Below, piece by piece: positions 49,066-61,766 of a stretch of 64,000 bases of DNA. Every line of letters starts with the position of its first letter. Positions within the stretch are counted from its first letter, which is position 1. Where the stretch lies: contig JAAILG010001380.1 of the NCBI GenBank assembly GCA_012026655.1, positions 1 to 64,000 of the forward strand, read 5' to 3'. Source of the stretch: Hydrolagus affinis (lineage: Eukaryota). The notes beneath the pieces are model-generated. The model was not told where the DNA came from. It made no database searches and worked only from the letters and a program-made list of their open reading frames with translations. A program made the position numbers and the translations under genes.

Positions 49066-50210
49066 GTTTCCTCTCTGAGGCTCTGAAATGAGTTGTTGCT
49101 TCCCAGGTTCTCTCCTTTCTCTCTCGCCATTCCCTCTTCGAACCCCTACAATCCAGCTTCTGTGCTGCCCTCCTGCCCGTGGAGACAGCCCTGGTCAAAG
49201 TCGTCAAAGACATTTTAAACATCTGTGATCAGGACTCTCTCTGCCTCCTTGTCCTACTTGACCTCTGCTGTCTTTGACCCTACCCTCAACTCCAGGATTA
49301 CTGCTGTCCTGACAGACTGCCTGTCGGACATCAAGTCCTGGATGAGAGCTAACTATCTACAGTTAAACATCAATAAGAGACCCTCCTGATTGGCTTGCAC
49401 CAGTGCCTTCACGCATCAGGTATTAGCAGCATCAACCTCCATGGTTGCTCACTCAACCTCACCAAGCCAGTCAAGAAACTACGTGTCTTGTTCGATCCTC
49501 AACTGTCTTTCCTCCCCCAAATCCAAGCCATGACCCACCCTGCCTTCCCTCACCTCCACAATATTGCCCAACTCCACCACTACCTCACCCCTCAGGTCGC
49601 TGAAACCTTCATTCACACCTTCATCACATCCTGGCTCAACTACGCCAATACCCTGCTTGTCGACCTTCCCAAGTACTCCCTCTATAGGTTGCAGATAATC
49701 CAGAACTTTGTGGCCCGTGTCCTCACCACTCCAAACTCCATCTCCCCCAACCTCACCTGACTCCATTAGCTCCCCGTCACCCAGAGGATTCAAGATCCTG
49801 ATCATCACCTTCAAAGCTCTACATGGCCTCGCCCCATCCTACCTCTGCGACCTCCTAAGCACCTACCAACCTGCCCACCCACTCTGCTCAACAGGCTCTG
49901 ACCTGCTTGATGTCCCCTGACCCACCCGCCCCACCATTGGCGGGCGAGCCTTCAGCCACTTTGCCCCCAACATCTGGAACTTCAACCCACAGGCTTCCAC
50001 CTCACTGACCTCCCTGGCCTCCTTCAAGTCCCACCTCAAGACCCTCCTCTTCAACGGTCCCATCGGTCACCCCAAATGTCCTTTCTCTCCAGGACCCTCC
50101 CCCCCCCCCTTCCCGATCCCAGCTCGGGTCTGAAACTTTAGACTGTCCAGTGCCTTGGGATGTCCACCAGACGTGAAAGGCGCGACACAAGTGTAATTTT
50201 GGTGTTGTTG
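49066..50210 (+). mobile_element. L2 LINE ORF2 3' part with internal deletion
   Basis: ETALVKVVKDI, CLSDIKSWM, LQIIQN.VAR, FKALHGLAPSYL, GGRAFS motifs and (GTT) tail. Confidence 0.92.
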
Positions 50211-50249
50211 AATCTTGGCTATTCAAGTGTAATTTTGTTGTTGTTGGTA

Positions 50250-52050
50250 CCTCATCCAACCAGTACTGCAGTGGTGACTTTGATTGTGTCCACAATCTTC
50301 CAGTTCATAGGTTCAATGTGTTCATTCTCCCACCTTGTAGATAGTGCTGGCCCTAGTTTAATGGGTTTTGAAGATTTTGTTTTGCTGGAAAGATCTGTAA
50401 AATTAATCTGACGTCCTCGGGTGCTACGTTCCACACCATTCAACGTTCTACTCTAGGATTCATTATTTTTTATAGCCGTGAAGCCTTTGTCCTTTGGTGA
50501 TTTCATCTCGAGTTAATTGGATTTATCGGGTTTTCAGATCATACTGTTAATCCTGCTTGTTTTGTTAGCAGGTCACCCTTTAGTAAACTAAGATTCCTTC
50601 CTGGTCTAGCCAGCTTCCTAGTCAAGATCACATACAATGAAATATACTGCTTACAGTTCTATTTTTATCACCCTTTTTATTCTCACCCTACAGATATCCT
50701 TTCCCTTTGTTCTACAGTTTAGTAATCGATTTGGTAAAAGATTGATTCTACCAAACCAGCCTTTGGAATCTGCCCCCTCCCGTTCCCAATTTGTCTGACT
50801 CTTTACTTCAATGGACAGTATGATTTTAGATATTATAGTGCTGACTGTTTTTGACCTGCAGTCTGCCAATTAACCCAGCACTTTTAGAAGTTTGAAATTA
50901 TAGATACATAAAGCGTTGGAAGAGTCAGTGTTCATAAAATTAATACTCTCCAAGTTCTTGATCTTTTTCCTAGTAGTCATTCACTTCATGACGGTTAGAT
51001 TGCATGCCGTATTCACTTACACAATCATTACAATGGCTAAAACACAGGGAAAGACTCCATAGGGCAAGAAATCCAACACGTTCAACTGATCACTCTCACA
51101 GGTCCAAGATAGAAGATGCAAAACAGCCATATTGGGTGAGCAGTAGGTACTTGAGCTCAAAATCCACTGCTGTCCACATCAGTAATGTGTGGTGTGTTGG
51201 TGTGTGTGGGGAGGGGGACAAGAGAAAGTTGCTTTTTTGGGGGGTTGATTCTTTTGCAGGTTAACCATCGATCCAAACAATGAAATTAACATCAGCTTCT
51301 ATCCAATTCAAAAATTCCAGCAAGAATTTGAAGAATCCTTCAGTCTGTGTATTGTGTATGGACATCTTCATCCAGTGTTTGATAGAAAAGCACATACATT
51401 CATTCCTTGTGCTTTCCAAAGCTTCTATTCCTGTGTACCCAATGGCTTAGACTCCTCCAAAAGGAATTGGAATTCCTCTATGAGTATGGATTTATATTAT
51501 GTAAACGAATGGTTCACAGCATATCACTATAGAAGCAGCGATTATCAAGCAAGTGGTCACCTTCTTCCCACTCTCTGAATACACTGAGCTTTGGTTCAGA
51601 GAGTATCAGTTCATTTTGTTACGTCATCTGGGCAGTTATTCTTTTGTGTAAGCCTGGATAATGTGGGTCAAAAAGCTCAAGAAATTCAGAGTTCCTTAGC
51701 AATTCACATTTCTGAAGCTCTCAGGACTATCCTTTGTGGTTCCTCCCAAAGGACAAAATTGAAACCAAGAATGCCACTGCATCTAAGCCTTCCAGACTAG
51801 ACCCCTTCCTTATGGAACCTGAATTTCCCTCTAAAATGCAAGCAAACACCAAGGAAATGTTTGAAGAGTGAGTGACATAGACCCATTTACCATATTTGTA
51901 GAAGATATCGGAAGGCGGATTACTCCATTCTATGCATTTTCAGATAAAAAAATCCATTTAATTCAAATTAGGTCAGTATTTTTTAGCTAACACCGAAAAA
52001 CTGATGGCTTCTAGTATTCTGTCCAGACTAAACTTACTGGTCAGGTCAGT
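50250..52050 (-). mobile_element. Decayed DIRS1-type tyrosine-recombinase retrotransposon (RT to YR)
   Basis: Ordered minus-strand remnants: FSVLAKK, LNGF..K.RME, ILSFG (LPFG), NCPDD (YLDD, 51634-51623), KSILIEEFQFL, QRTKASR, KTH*TRA (HSTR, 50363-50352), LWTQSK..QYWLD (Y.LD, 50265-50254). Confidence 0.65.
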
Positions 52051-52873
52051 CACAGCTGAAGACAACGTTGATCGTCTTTATTGGGTAGTGGCAAGAAACA
52101 CTGTAGCAATACCAGGGTGGTCATAGACATCTACATTACTGTTATTAGTGTTTGCAGCAATTCTCCTTGGGAGTTCTCTTTCTTAAACTTCTTCAGAAAT
52201 GTTCTGAGAAGCTGCCCTGCATGAAGGGCACTATATAAATTTAAGTTGTTATTGTTTGATCTGAAGCTCCAGATGTACTTCTTGGCAAAACCAACCTCCA
52301 TGTGCCTGCACCTACATGAGTATAACTGGTCAGAGTAGTAACTTTCAGCAGATATAGCTTAAACAGATTTACTGACTGAGATAGATCTTAATGAACCAAT
52401 ACAAATGAACATAAAATTTGACTCCAGAAAATGTAAAACATTGTACTACATTGCACCTGGCCAACTTGAGCATTTAATCTCATTACTACCCCAATTTGGT
52501 TTTTCAGTACAATACATTATTTCTGCATTAATAAATACTGCATCAGCTGGTTTTGTTTAGAATTGATCCCACAAAGTTACTCCTTGGGTGTTGGGGGGTG
52601 AGGGGAGGCCAAAGGTGATCCCATTTTAACTACAGTTAGGGAGGGATTGGGAAAATAAATTTATTTTAAACTCCAATGGATCGTACCTTGAGTCACACAA
52701 AACTTTTGTCAATTAACATCTTACAGCAGATATAATAATCAAAACTACTACATTGGTTAGAACAATTAGATGAAAACCAGTACATCTCTATTTGTTTATC
52801 TTGCAATTCTGTAGATATGCATAACATTTTAAATGTTCAGTTTTGCACTGAAGTTGCTACAACATACAAGAAT

Positions 52874-52925
52874 TGTAGAATATTACACCTACACAACACT
52901 GTAGAATATTACACCTACACAACAG
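52874..52925 (+). repeat. Perfect ~26-bp tandem duplication
   Basis: tgtagaatattacacctacacaaca occurs twice in tandem. Confidence 0.85.
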
Positions 52926-54995
52926 ATCTACAGACATCCCAGGTGATGAAGTGAGAATGAAAGATTCACAATCCAGTTTCTAATGAGGGATGGGGTGGTT
53001 GGATTCCACAAGTCCAAAGCAAAATGATTATTCATTTATGAGCCAGGCGGAGGATGGTGACTGTAGGAAATCAAAATTTAAAGTGGTAGTGGTGGGGGCG
53101 CGGGGTGGAAAAAAAACTCAAAAGAGAGTTTTGGCATCATTCTCCTAACATCTTTGAAAGACACTTCAGTAGGTGTTATAAGCTATACAGGTGGAGTTCA
53201 TAAGGCTGGTTTATTCCGTTTTTGGCACGTTTTATGGTTAATAGCAACAGATGGTAGCCACGCATGATCAAACATGAAGTGATGTGGGCATGATGCAATT
53301 TTTTTTACACATCAGTGCATTGCCATTCAAGGCATTAAGGCTGCTTTTAGTGGTATTAACGAAGTTTATAATCTGGCAGACTATGCAATTGATAGATTAA
53401 ACAATATGCAAATTTAGGAGACATATTGAGCAGGAGTGCCAGGACGTTCAATTCTTTGATCTGTTTATCAGCAACCACAAAAGTCAAGGGTAACATGACC
53501 ACAGAGAATCATTTTACAAAAATCAGCCAAACTCAGCTGACGAGTGGAAAAAAGCAAAAAGGCATTTAAGACTGAAATTTGATACCAATGACTTGCAGCA
53601 TGGTAAACCTTGTATGGAATTTCTGAAAGCTTTGCAAAGGGAAAATCTACGGCAATAAGATCAATCTTGGTACTGTATGGAGGAACCTCTCAGTGTTGAT
53701 GCTAATGCTTGATGCCAGGAGAAAAAGGGCCTAGCCACAATGCCAAAACCAGGAGGGGGAGTTGGAGGGAAGAGTATGTTTATTTGGTTGCTGTGTGGCA
53801 CCAAAATCTCAATCTTGCAGGTGACTCTGAAGCTCTGCTTCGTGCCAGAGTCGACTGTTAACACTGCAGAGACGTAGCTAAGCTGCCAGTTCTCTGCAGA
53901 CTCCCTGGAACTATATAACAAGCTGTTATTGTTCAAGCGAGTTCATTATAGGAACACAGTGGGACATTGCAGTCCAGTTCCATGTTAACATTCTGCATCA
54001 GGTCAAAAGCCTGAACTGAATCCAAGAGTTCAAGTTTTGGATGCTAAGCCAGCGGATGGTATCAACATTTTTTTAAAGTGCATTTGTAGCATTTCATTCA
54101 CTGAACTAAAAATGGAAGGTATTAAAAACATTTGTTGCAATCACCCTATACAATAAAGAACCATGGGAGAGGAGAGGGAAGGAAAAGAGAAAGAAATGGG
54201 TGGGAAAACAAAAACAATTTTAACACTTCCAAATAGAACAACTCCTTTGCAAAACTGGAATACTGGTTTTGTTTTTATTATTCACTGGTTGTGAAAGACC
54301 TGCAACTCACATCACACATGAAACACTGCATTACAAGTTTAACAGTTATCCTCTACATAGGCAGGTAAATCGTGTGCTGTGGACTTGAATTCACTGGAAA
54401 CTGGACTAATTGGGTTTCAATCCATGTTCTCCATGATATCATTTCAGAATAAGATTTCCAATGTATCTTAGTTAGATTCCCACCCATAACAGTGGTAAAG
54501 TAGTGTTCCTAATACATTGATCATTTCTCTCTCCACCCTTCCATACTCTCAGCCCTGGAATAGTGTCCGCTTATACCACCAATGCAGTTTGGTGTTTTAA
54601 GGCTACACAAGGTTTTTGCCTGCTGAGTGAGAAAAGCAGTTCAGTTTGTCTGATCTTGAATTTTGCTTCTACCCTTGTAATGGCTATGATAATACTGTGC
54701 AGTATATACCATTAACATTTTTAAAGGTGAAGAGAGCAGAACAGAACATAATGAAACCAAGATGCCTAATACTGTATTGGTTTAATAATAAAGCTAAAAT
54801 TTCTTTGATTTTAAGTACATGTATTGTCCATTGTAAACATTTACTTTACCAACAAAAAAATCTTTCCAGGATCCAGAATATGGTATGTGTCTCTATTGCT
54901 GCTAAGCAATGTAACTAGTGAATACCAATCATAATTTGGTTTCTCTAGACTGTTGTTTGTTCTACAGTATATGTCACTGCATATCATGGATCACT

Positions 54996-55001
54996 TTTAT
55001 T
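54996..55001 (-). promoter_or_regulatory. Polyadenylation signal AATAAA, candidate proximal CHD7 site
   Basis: Minus strand reads ...gatgcttttAATAAAagtgatcc..., ~860 nt after the stop codon. Confidence 0.6.
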
Positions 55002-55861
55002 AAAAGCATCATTACTACAGTTGGCAGCAATTTACATTGTATCTTACATGATAGCAGTTTCCAAATCTTTTTTAAAAAAAAACATCACAACAAAGAAAAC
55101 ATACATTTACAAAGTCTTGTTTGTAAACTTCAATGCTAGGAGAACTGAGGTAATGCTGTTTAGCTTTGTGGCTAAAGTAACAAAGTCCTTTCTTTAGAGA
55201 AATGTACCTGAATCTTGTTTATAACAGTGCATTACAAGAAAAAAAATCACGAGACAATGCAAATCAACTGTAGTTTAAGTCAGAAATTGTGGTCACCCTT
55301 TAGGCGTTTTATTGTCCAGATTTTTTAAAAAAAACATTCAACAGCTGCCAAGTTATTGCTGTGCCTCTGGGGTGAGACCTTCACACTATTGTGGGGATTG
55401 TCAGTGTGGACTCTTTATATACAGTCAAATCTATAGGCATGATATGTTCTACAATGACTTGTCCATCTGTGCTCTTCACAGCAACGTTAAATATACATCT
55501 TCATTATTCCTTTAAAAGCAGAAACTGCTTCGGTCACTAACAATCACATGCCACTGATTGGTGTTTGCTGTGGGTCACATATTACCACTGGTGAAAACGA
55601 AAAGCAGAGCATTTAACTTCATTCCTCACAAATTCAGACACACTCTTGAACTTGATACCGCTTCTAGGATAATAAATAATGCACTGCATAATACTTTTGA
55701 CCAAGACATCTTTGACATCTGCATAACATGACTTGGAACTTTGCTACACTATGTTACAGAGATAGCTTAAAAAACTATGTGTGAACATTTAATGAATATG
55801 TAAACAGTAGGACTACGACTTGTGAAGAGTTTTAAAACACTTTTAGTAACTGGAAATGTAA

Positions 55862-56779
55862 TTAATCCTCGTCCTCCTCTTCCTCTGCCCCCTCAACCGA
55901 GTCTAATCCTGTCGCCTGTGCCAATTCATCTTCCATGAGAGAGGAGTCTGCTGGTTTACTGGGACTTCCCACACCATCACTGTCATCTGAATTGCCTTCT
56001 CCTTCTCCTTCAATAAAGCTGTTGTCTTCAGCTTTACCATCTGTTTTATCCTCCTTGTCATCACTTGAGCTCATTGTGCTCTGCAGACCAGTCAGTTGAG
56101 GAAAACCAGGCAGGGCCATTCCCAACCCAGGAGGAAATAACATAGATGGGTAGAACAGGCCAGTGGAAAGCAAGAATGGGTTGAAAGCAAGAGGGTTGTT
56201 GGTGAGCCCAGCTGCTGCAGCAGCTGCGAAAGAGCTGGAACTTGCGTTGTTGGAATCAGAAGCAGATTCTGCACCGTTTGTTTCCTTATCCTCTTCATTT
56301 TCTTGATCATTTTCTTTGTCATTTTCCATCTTGGATGAAACACCACTTTCTGTTTCACTTGGACCTGATGTTGCAGCAGAAGTACTAGCGATAGCAGTAA
56401 GGGGGTTGCTCAATAAGCTTCCAAGTCCAAACATATTCGGCAGTCCTGCCATGCTTGGAAGCATCAAGGGTAGTAAAGCAGCGGGGGTTTTTGTATCTCC
56501 TCCTCCAGCAGCTGCGGCAAGGCCAGGTGGGAAGCCCATTAATCCAGCTAACTGAAGGCTTTGCAGGTTCTGTAAATTCTGTAGGCTTGTTAGATCCATT
56601 CCAGCAAACAGGCTGTTCATCAGCAGTGGGTTTATTCCCGAGGCTGAAGCAGCGGCAGCAGCAGCTGCAGCAGCTTTGGCGATCTCACTCTTGGGCCTTC
56701 TCCCCCTTCTGCTTGCTCCTTCCTCTCTAACAACTGGTCCAGTGAGAACACGGTCAAACATGGACTCTGGCAGAAAACC
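55862..56779 (-). CDS. CHD7: CHD7 terminal coding exon to stop codon
   Basis: Acceptor cgtcag|GGT at 56779. [43 protein letters not shown]...[28 protein letters not shown]...[11 protein letters not shown]...acidic tail, TAA at 55862-55864. Characteristic of the CHD7 C-terminus. Confidence 0.97.
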   Translation of the reverse strand, partial: GFLPESMFDRVLTGPVVREEGASRRGRRPKSEIAKAAAAAAAAASASGINPLLMNSLFAGMDLTSLQNLQNLQSLQLAGLMGFPPGLAAAAGGGDTKTPAALLPLMLPSMAGLPNMFGLGSLLSNPLTAIASTSAATSGPSETESGVSSKMENDKENDQENEEDKETNGAESASDSNNASSSSFAAAAAAGLTNNPLAFNPFLLSTGLFYPSMLFPPGLGMALPGFPQLTGLQSTMSSSDDKEDKTDGKAEDNSFIEGEGEGNSDDSDGVGSPSKPADSSLMEDELAQATGLDSVEGAEEEEDED

Positions 56780-57248
56780 CTGACGAGACATACAGCAGAA
56801 TCAAGTAATTGATCCCAAGTGCATTAAATTCACTTCATGATCAAAGAAGTTCGAATAAAAAAAACATTTTTTTTTAGCTTCATAAGAAAATTTTGATTTC
56901 TCAATGTGCCAGTTTTCTATGCAGTTGACTTTAAAGATAAAGATTATGTCAAAACTTCATAGGTGCATCAATAAAAAGGCATCTTGTTGGAGTACTGAGT
57001 TTGGAGACTGGTTCAATCTGAACTCTACTCTTAACACCGTTAGGGGAAGACAATCTTGGATTGAGACACAAGGGACACCAAAACAGGGTGACCTTTCCTG
57101 TATTAAATGCCTGTAAGCAGATCGATCAGATTATTGACACCATCTGTGGGGATCTCTGTGTGCAAATGACTCTTTTGCTACTCTCCAAAACATAAGGCTA
57201 AGAAACTAGGATAATTTGTTGCCAAAGGAAGTGGTAGAACAGGTAGGA

Positions 57249-57315
57249 TATATATATATATATAATTATATATTTAAATATATAATTATATATAATTATA
57301 TATATATATTTAAAT
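57249..57315. repeat. AT-only palindromic microsatellite in the last CHD7 intron
   Basis: (TA)n with a perfect palindrome atataattatatattt|aaatatataattatat. Confidence 0.8.
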
Positions 57316-57848
57316 GGTTAATGAATGATATAATGCTATATTTTGGACATAATAATTAAAGATACTTTAAAATATGCTAATTATTATTTATAAACTAAAC
57401 TCAATCACATTCACCCATTATAATATGTAGAAAAGACTGAATTTTAAAGGGGAATGCAATTCAAGTCATATTTTACCTTCAGAAAATATAGTTGGCCTTG
57501 AAACAGTTTACAAATGAAGCACATCTATTTTTTGCATTATCAAGCACCTTTATGAACCTGTAACCAAGTCAACTGTGCTATAATTCAGCTGCAAAAGCAA
57601 AGTGCAGTCACCTGATCTAAATTTGATTGATCATGTATGCAAACTGGGTTACCTACTAAATAATTCATCTTAGGTGAATGAGGACTGAAACAAAAACTGC
57701 ATTATTATAACAGGTATGACATTATCAAAGAAAATATTGGTGCTACATAGACAGTTTTCAGTTGGGCTTTGTACGGATTCTCTTACAAAAAAATTGCAGT
57801 TACCTCTGCAAAAAAGTAACCCAAATAACCAGCATAATGTCTACTTAC

Positions 57849-57953
57849 AGACTGTTTGACAACATCAGCCCAATCAGGTGCAACAGCAAACTCTGGGTTT
57901 TCTTCAAGCCATCTAGGAAGGTCTTTCATTGGTGGAGCCATGGCACCACCCAT
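57849..57953 (-). CDS. CHD7: CHD7 coding exon (~exon 37), end of second BRK domain
   Basis: 105 bp, tactag|ATG...TCT|gtaagt. Translates [35 protein letters not shown], in frame with both neighbouring exons. Confidence 0.96.
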
Positions 57954-58848
57954 CTAGTAAAGTTTGAAAAACACCTGAGACACAAGCTTTGTATGCACAT
58001 TAATCTCCTGAAGGTTAAATACTTCCTTATGCATTTGTCATAAGCATTTTTGAATAGAAAAGTAATTTAGAAATGTGGGTGTTCTCTACTCCCAATATTA
58101 TCTATCATGTTAAAGTAATAACTGCAATATATCAAAACAGTGCTAACAAAAGTAGATGAAAACATGTTAGGATGCTTATTAAGGATGTTATACAGTTACC
58201 ATATTCCCATACTACAAAGATCACATCTACACACTCCATAGATGAGAAATACCCAGACCATGGAAAGAGGTAGTAATAGTTTTCTTGGAAAGAATGGACA
58301 CAACCTCAAACAGCTCCAAGTGGATTTTCAAAATGCAGCAATCCCCCCCACCCCCCACCAGGACCCCCACACAGACACCCCATCACCACCCTGGATTTAA
58401 AACGTACGACATAAAAGATGGAGCATCTTTAAATTTTAATTTTTTAAAAAAAAGTCCAGGATCATACTTTCATCAGCTACAGTTATCAGAGAATCTAGAA
58501 ATGTTTTTCTTGTGTGCCTGATCTGAAATAAATAGCACCAAGCAAAAATCATTAAGCAGTAGGTATAAGACTGCATCTGCTCAAACTTCAGTGTCTTTTT
58601 TGTTTTTACAAATGACCCGCTTTTCATTTTCATTCCATTTTAATCAGACAGCTAACTCACTGGATTTAAGACTGAATCTCCAAAATTAACATTGAAAGAA
58701 GAAAATGACCTGAAAGCAAAATGTATCAATTATGACTAAAAGAAAACCCCAGAAAGTGATCCCTAGAAAAAGAACTCTGCTAGTTCAAGAAGATATTTAG
58801 CCTTCTTTCAGTCAGATGTATAAACCCTAGGGAAAACACCTTAAAACT

Positions 58849-58990
58849 GCAAAACAAAAACAGAAGTCGCTGGGAACACTCAGCAGGTCAGGCAGCATCC
58901 ATGGAGAAAGGAAAAGTGAGTATCAGATCCACAACCCTTTTACACCTAGTGACTTCTCTTTTTCTTTTTGCAGTATTTTGCATTTTTATT
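58849..58990 (+). mobile_element. Penelope-like terminal fragment
   Basis: aaacaaaaacagaagtcgctgggaacactcagcaggtcaggcagcatccatggagaaagg, homologous to the 6398 and 35285 copies. Confidence 0.6.
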
Positions 58991-59539
58991 TTCCTTAAAA
59001 ATACATCTCAAAACACTTAAAAATGCAGTGAAATTCCATTCTAAGGTGGTACCAGGGAATGGATTTGATAAAACCAGCTATATAATGTGGCACTGGTACT
59101 TCTGCATGTGATACCACCAACCATGACTCATGATGTTACTGTGCATTTAAGTGACAGGCCAGACAGCTTCCAATGTGCAAAAATATATGATCATAGGATG
59201 GTTGCTGTGGATTTTTAAACAGAGAGAAACAAAATCTAGATTTAAAGGCTCTTCCAAAGGGTGGCATTGCCAACAATGCAGCCATCTCTGCATCATCACT
59301 GCACTTGATTGTCAGCCAAGTTTACAAGCTCATATCCTGAAGTGGAGTTCAACCTGTAAACCTTCTGACTTAAGGATGACAGTGTTACCAAAAGCTAGCC
59401 TTCTGTATTAGAAAATTTCTGGGTTCAGGTATCCTTACTAAACTTTAAACTCTGAGATGTTATCCTGTGTGACGGGTGCTACATAAATGTACGTTGTTGC
59501 TGTTTCTCTTCATATTTTCATATTCAATATTGATCATAC

Positions 59540-59680
59540 CTTTTTCCCATTTCTTTTATTCACAATAGGCACTCTTTCATCTCCTGTCAAAGTGTTAACA
59601 TCCAGTTTGTTGGGATTTCTACAGCGATGCCTTTTTTGTTTCGGCTTTTGAAATGGGGTCAACAGCACTTCTCCACTCTT
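59540..59680 (-). CDS. CHD7: CHD7 coding exon (~exon 36), start of second BRK domain
   Basis: 141 bp, ttttttaacag|AAG...AAG|gtatga. Translates [47 protein letters not shown]. Absent from the ORF track, found by manual translation. Confidence 0.96.
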
Positions 59681-59967
59681 CTGTTAAAAAAAAAGGAATT
59701 GGTCAACCAAGCTCCGTCGTACTTAGGGTCATGCACATTTAAGAAACTCAAGTTACATTCACAGGACTGGGTAAATTAATTTCTACCTAGGAAGAGTTTT
59801 CTATAAACACCATACTTAGGAAATGGACAAAAGACAAGATTTTTATGGGAATAGTTTGTTATTTTTAAAAATGGAAGCCGCAAAAAGTATGCACAGTCTG
59901 TGGAATATCAGTCCTACAGTGAACAATTGCTCTGCTTAACTGTTCTTTTGAACAAGGAGGAGTATTT

Positions 59968-60200
59968 CATAGAATCATCGAATGTCACAACACAGAAACA
60001 GGCTAATAAGGCCTCTGCATTGGTGTCTTTCTCCAAGAGCCACCTAACTCCCATTCTTCACTACTGTGAGCGGTTTTCACACGCCTCTCTTTCAAGCATC
60101 TAATTCCTTTTAAAGCAATTTATGTATGGACTCTTCCTCAAAACGTTTGTGACAGAAAATTCCACTTTTCAACTATCCTGTTAGGAAAACCCTGACTTTC
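59968..60200 (-). mobile_element. CR1-type LINE 3' end
   Basis: catagaatcatcgaatg...cacagaaacaggc is the reverse complement of the CR1 ATTCTRTG tail. Confidence 0.6.
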
Positions 60201-60289
60201 ACAAAAAAAAGTTTGTTTATGGTTTTTGCATTTTATTTATATTTTAAATGTAAAATAAAGTGCGCAATTTTTGGATAAGTACACTGTAC

Positions 60290-61545
60290 ACTGAGCCACT
60301 ACATTGCCACAATGGTTTCTCCTGTAGCCCCTGCACCATCTCATGCAGCATTCCTCAGGGCTCAGTCATTGGTCTCCTCTTCAATACCTATATGCTCCCT
60401 CTCGGTGACATTATCTATAATAATAATAATCCTTACATTTATATAGCGCTTTCCACATCTTATCGACGTCTCAAAGCGCTTCACAGAATACAACAACATC
60501 CCAAAGTAGGGAGCAGAGCAGTGGAGGATGGGGGGAGGTAGGGAGAAAAAAGAGGGAAGAAAGGGTCTATAGACATAGGGGTCAACTTCCACATTTATGC
60601 GGATGACACCCAACTCCATCTCTCTGCCTTCACCCTTGGATCCAGGAACACTGCTGTCCTAACAGAATGTCTGTAAAGTCATCAAGTCCTGGATAAGAGC
60701 TAACTTTTTACTGTTGAACGTCAACAAGACCAAGGTCTTCCTGATTGGCTTCTGTCAGCGAGCCTCCACACCTCAGGCGACGACAGCATCATCATCCAAG
60801 GATATTCACTCCACCTCACTAAGCCAGTCCAGAACCTTGGCATCTTGTTTGACCCTCAACTATCGCCACATACATGCTCTGCCACCCCCCACCTCCATAA
60901 CATCACCCGGCTCCACCACTGTTTCACACCACAGGCCGCCAAAAACCCTCAAATACACATTCAACACATCCAAGCTTGACGATGCAAACTTCTTGCTTGT
61001 CAGCTTCCCCAACTCCTCCCTCCACACGCTGCGGATCATCCAGAACTCTGCAACCCGTGTCCTCTCCTGCACCACACTCCGCGATCCTATCACTCCCATC
61101 CTTGCCTGAATCCACTGGCCTCCTTTTACACAGAAGATACAGTTCAAGAACCTGGTCCTCACCTTCAAAACCCTCCATGGCGTCGCTTCCTCTTACATCT
61201 GCAATCTCCAAACCCCCTATCAACCTGCCCGCTCCCTCCATTTAGCGGACTAGGCCTGCTTCATGTCTCCCACCTCGCCTTTAGCGGGCGGGCCTTCAGT
61301 CACTATGCCCCCACCTGCGGGAACTTCAACCCGCAGTCCCTCTGCCTGGGCCCTCCATGCTCACTGCCCACCCACCTCCTTCAAGACCCTCCCCTTCAAC
61401 CGTGCATTCTATTATCCTCCTTCCCCATACCTTCCCGACCCCCAGCTTGGGTCTGAAACATTGATTGTCCAGTATCTTGGGGGTCCCCCTGACGTGAAAG
61501 GCACTATACAAATGTAATTTTGTTGCTGCTATTGTTGTTGTTGTA
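60290..61545 (+). mobile_element. L2 LINE ORF2 3' part with nested insert (60417-60570)
   Basis: IPQGSVIG.LF..YM, HIYADDTQL, LRIIQNSA.R motifs and (GTT) tail. Confidence 0.92.
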
Positions 61546-61766
61546 CACATTTGGGGGGATTGTAAAACCCAATGCTCTACCTGTTATTCAAAGCTTAGTC
61601 TGGTGCATAATTTGTTGTGTGCATAGTGTTAACCCGAGTTGCAGCTCATTCACTATTGCAATTTTTGCTAATAAAAACTCACCGTGTTGACTTCTGTGCC
61701 AAGTGTTACGTATGTTCAATGTGAATGGTTAGACTTTGTTCTTAGAACAATATGTCCTATACTTAC

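Larger units (their letters stand above)
52640..55861 (-). other. CHD7: Probable CHD7 3' UTR (proximal part well supported, distal extent inferred)
   Basis: Directly follows the stop codon, is AT-rich and lacks recognisable SINE/LINE copies. Minus-strand AATAAA at 54996-55001, 54274-54279, 53210-53215 and 52660-52665, ATTAAA at 54781-54786. Confidence 0.6.

Noticed and set aside
1-50000. Exons of the syntenic neighbour CLVS1 or any other gene
   Set aside because: No CRAL-TRIO or other coding exon was recognised by eye. Small or non-coding exons cannot be excluded.
50250-52200. Endogenous non-retroviral virus or processed pseudogene
   Set aside because: No viral or cellular protein motifs were recognised. 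DIRS motifs explain the segment better.
56780-56791. ATG start of the 309-aa ORF (MSRQ) as an independent gene
   Set aside because: These codons are intronic. The exon starts after cag at 56779 and continues the CHD7 frame.
61716-61766. C-terminal extension [16 protein letters not shown] of the 93-aa ORF
   Set aside because: It lies past the gtaagt splice donor and is intron read-through.
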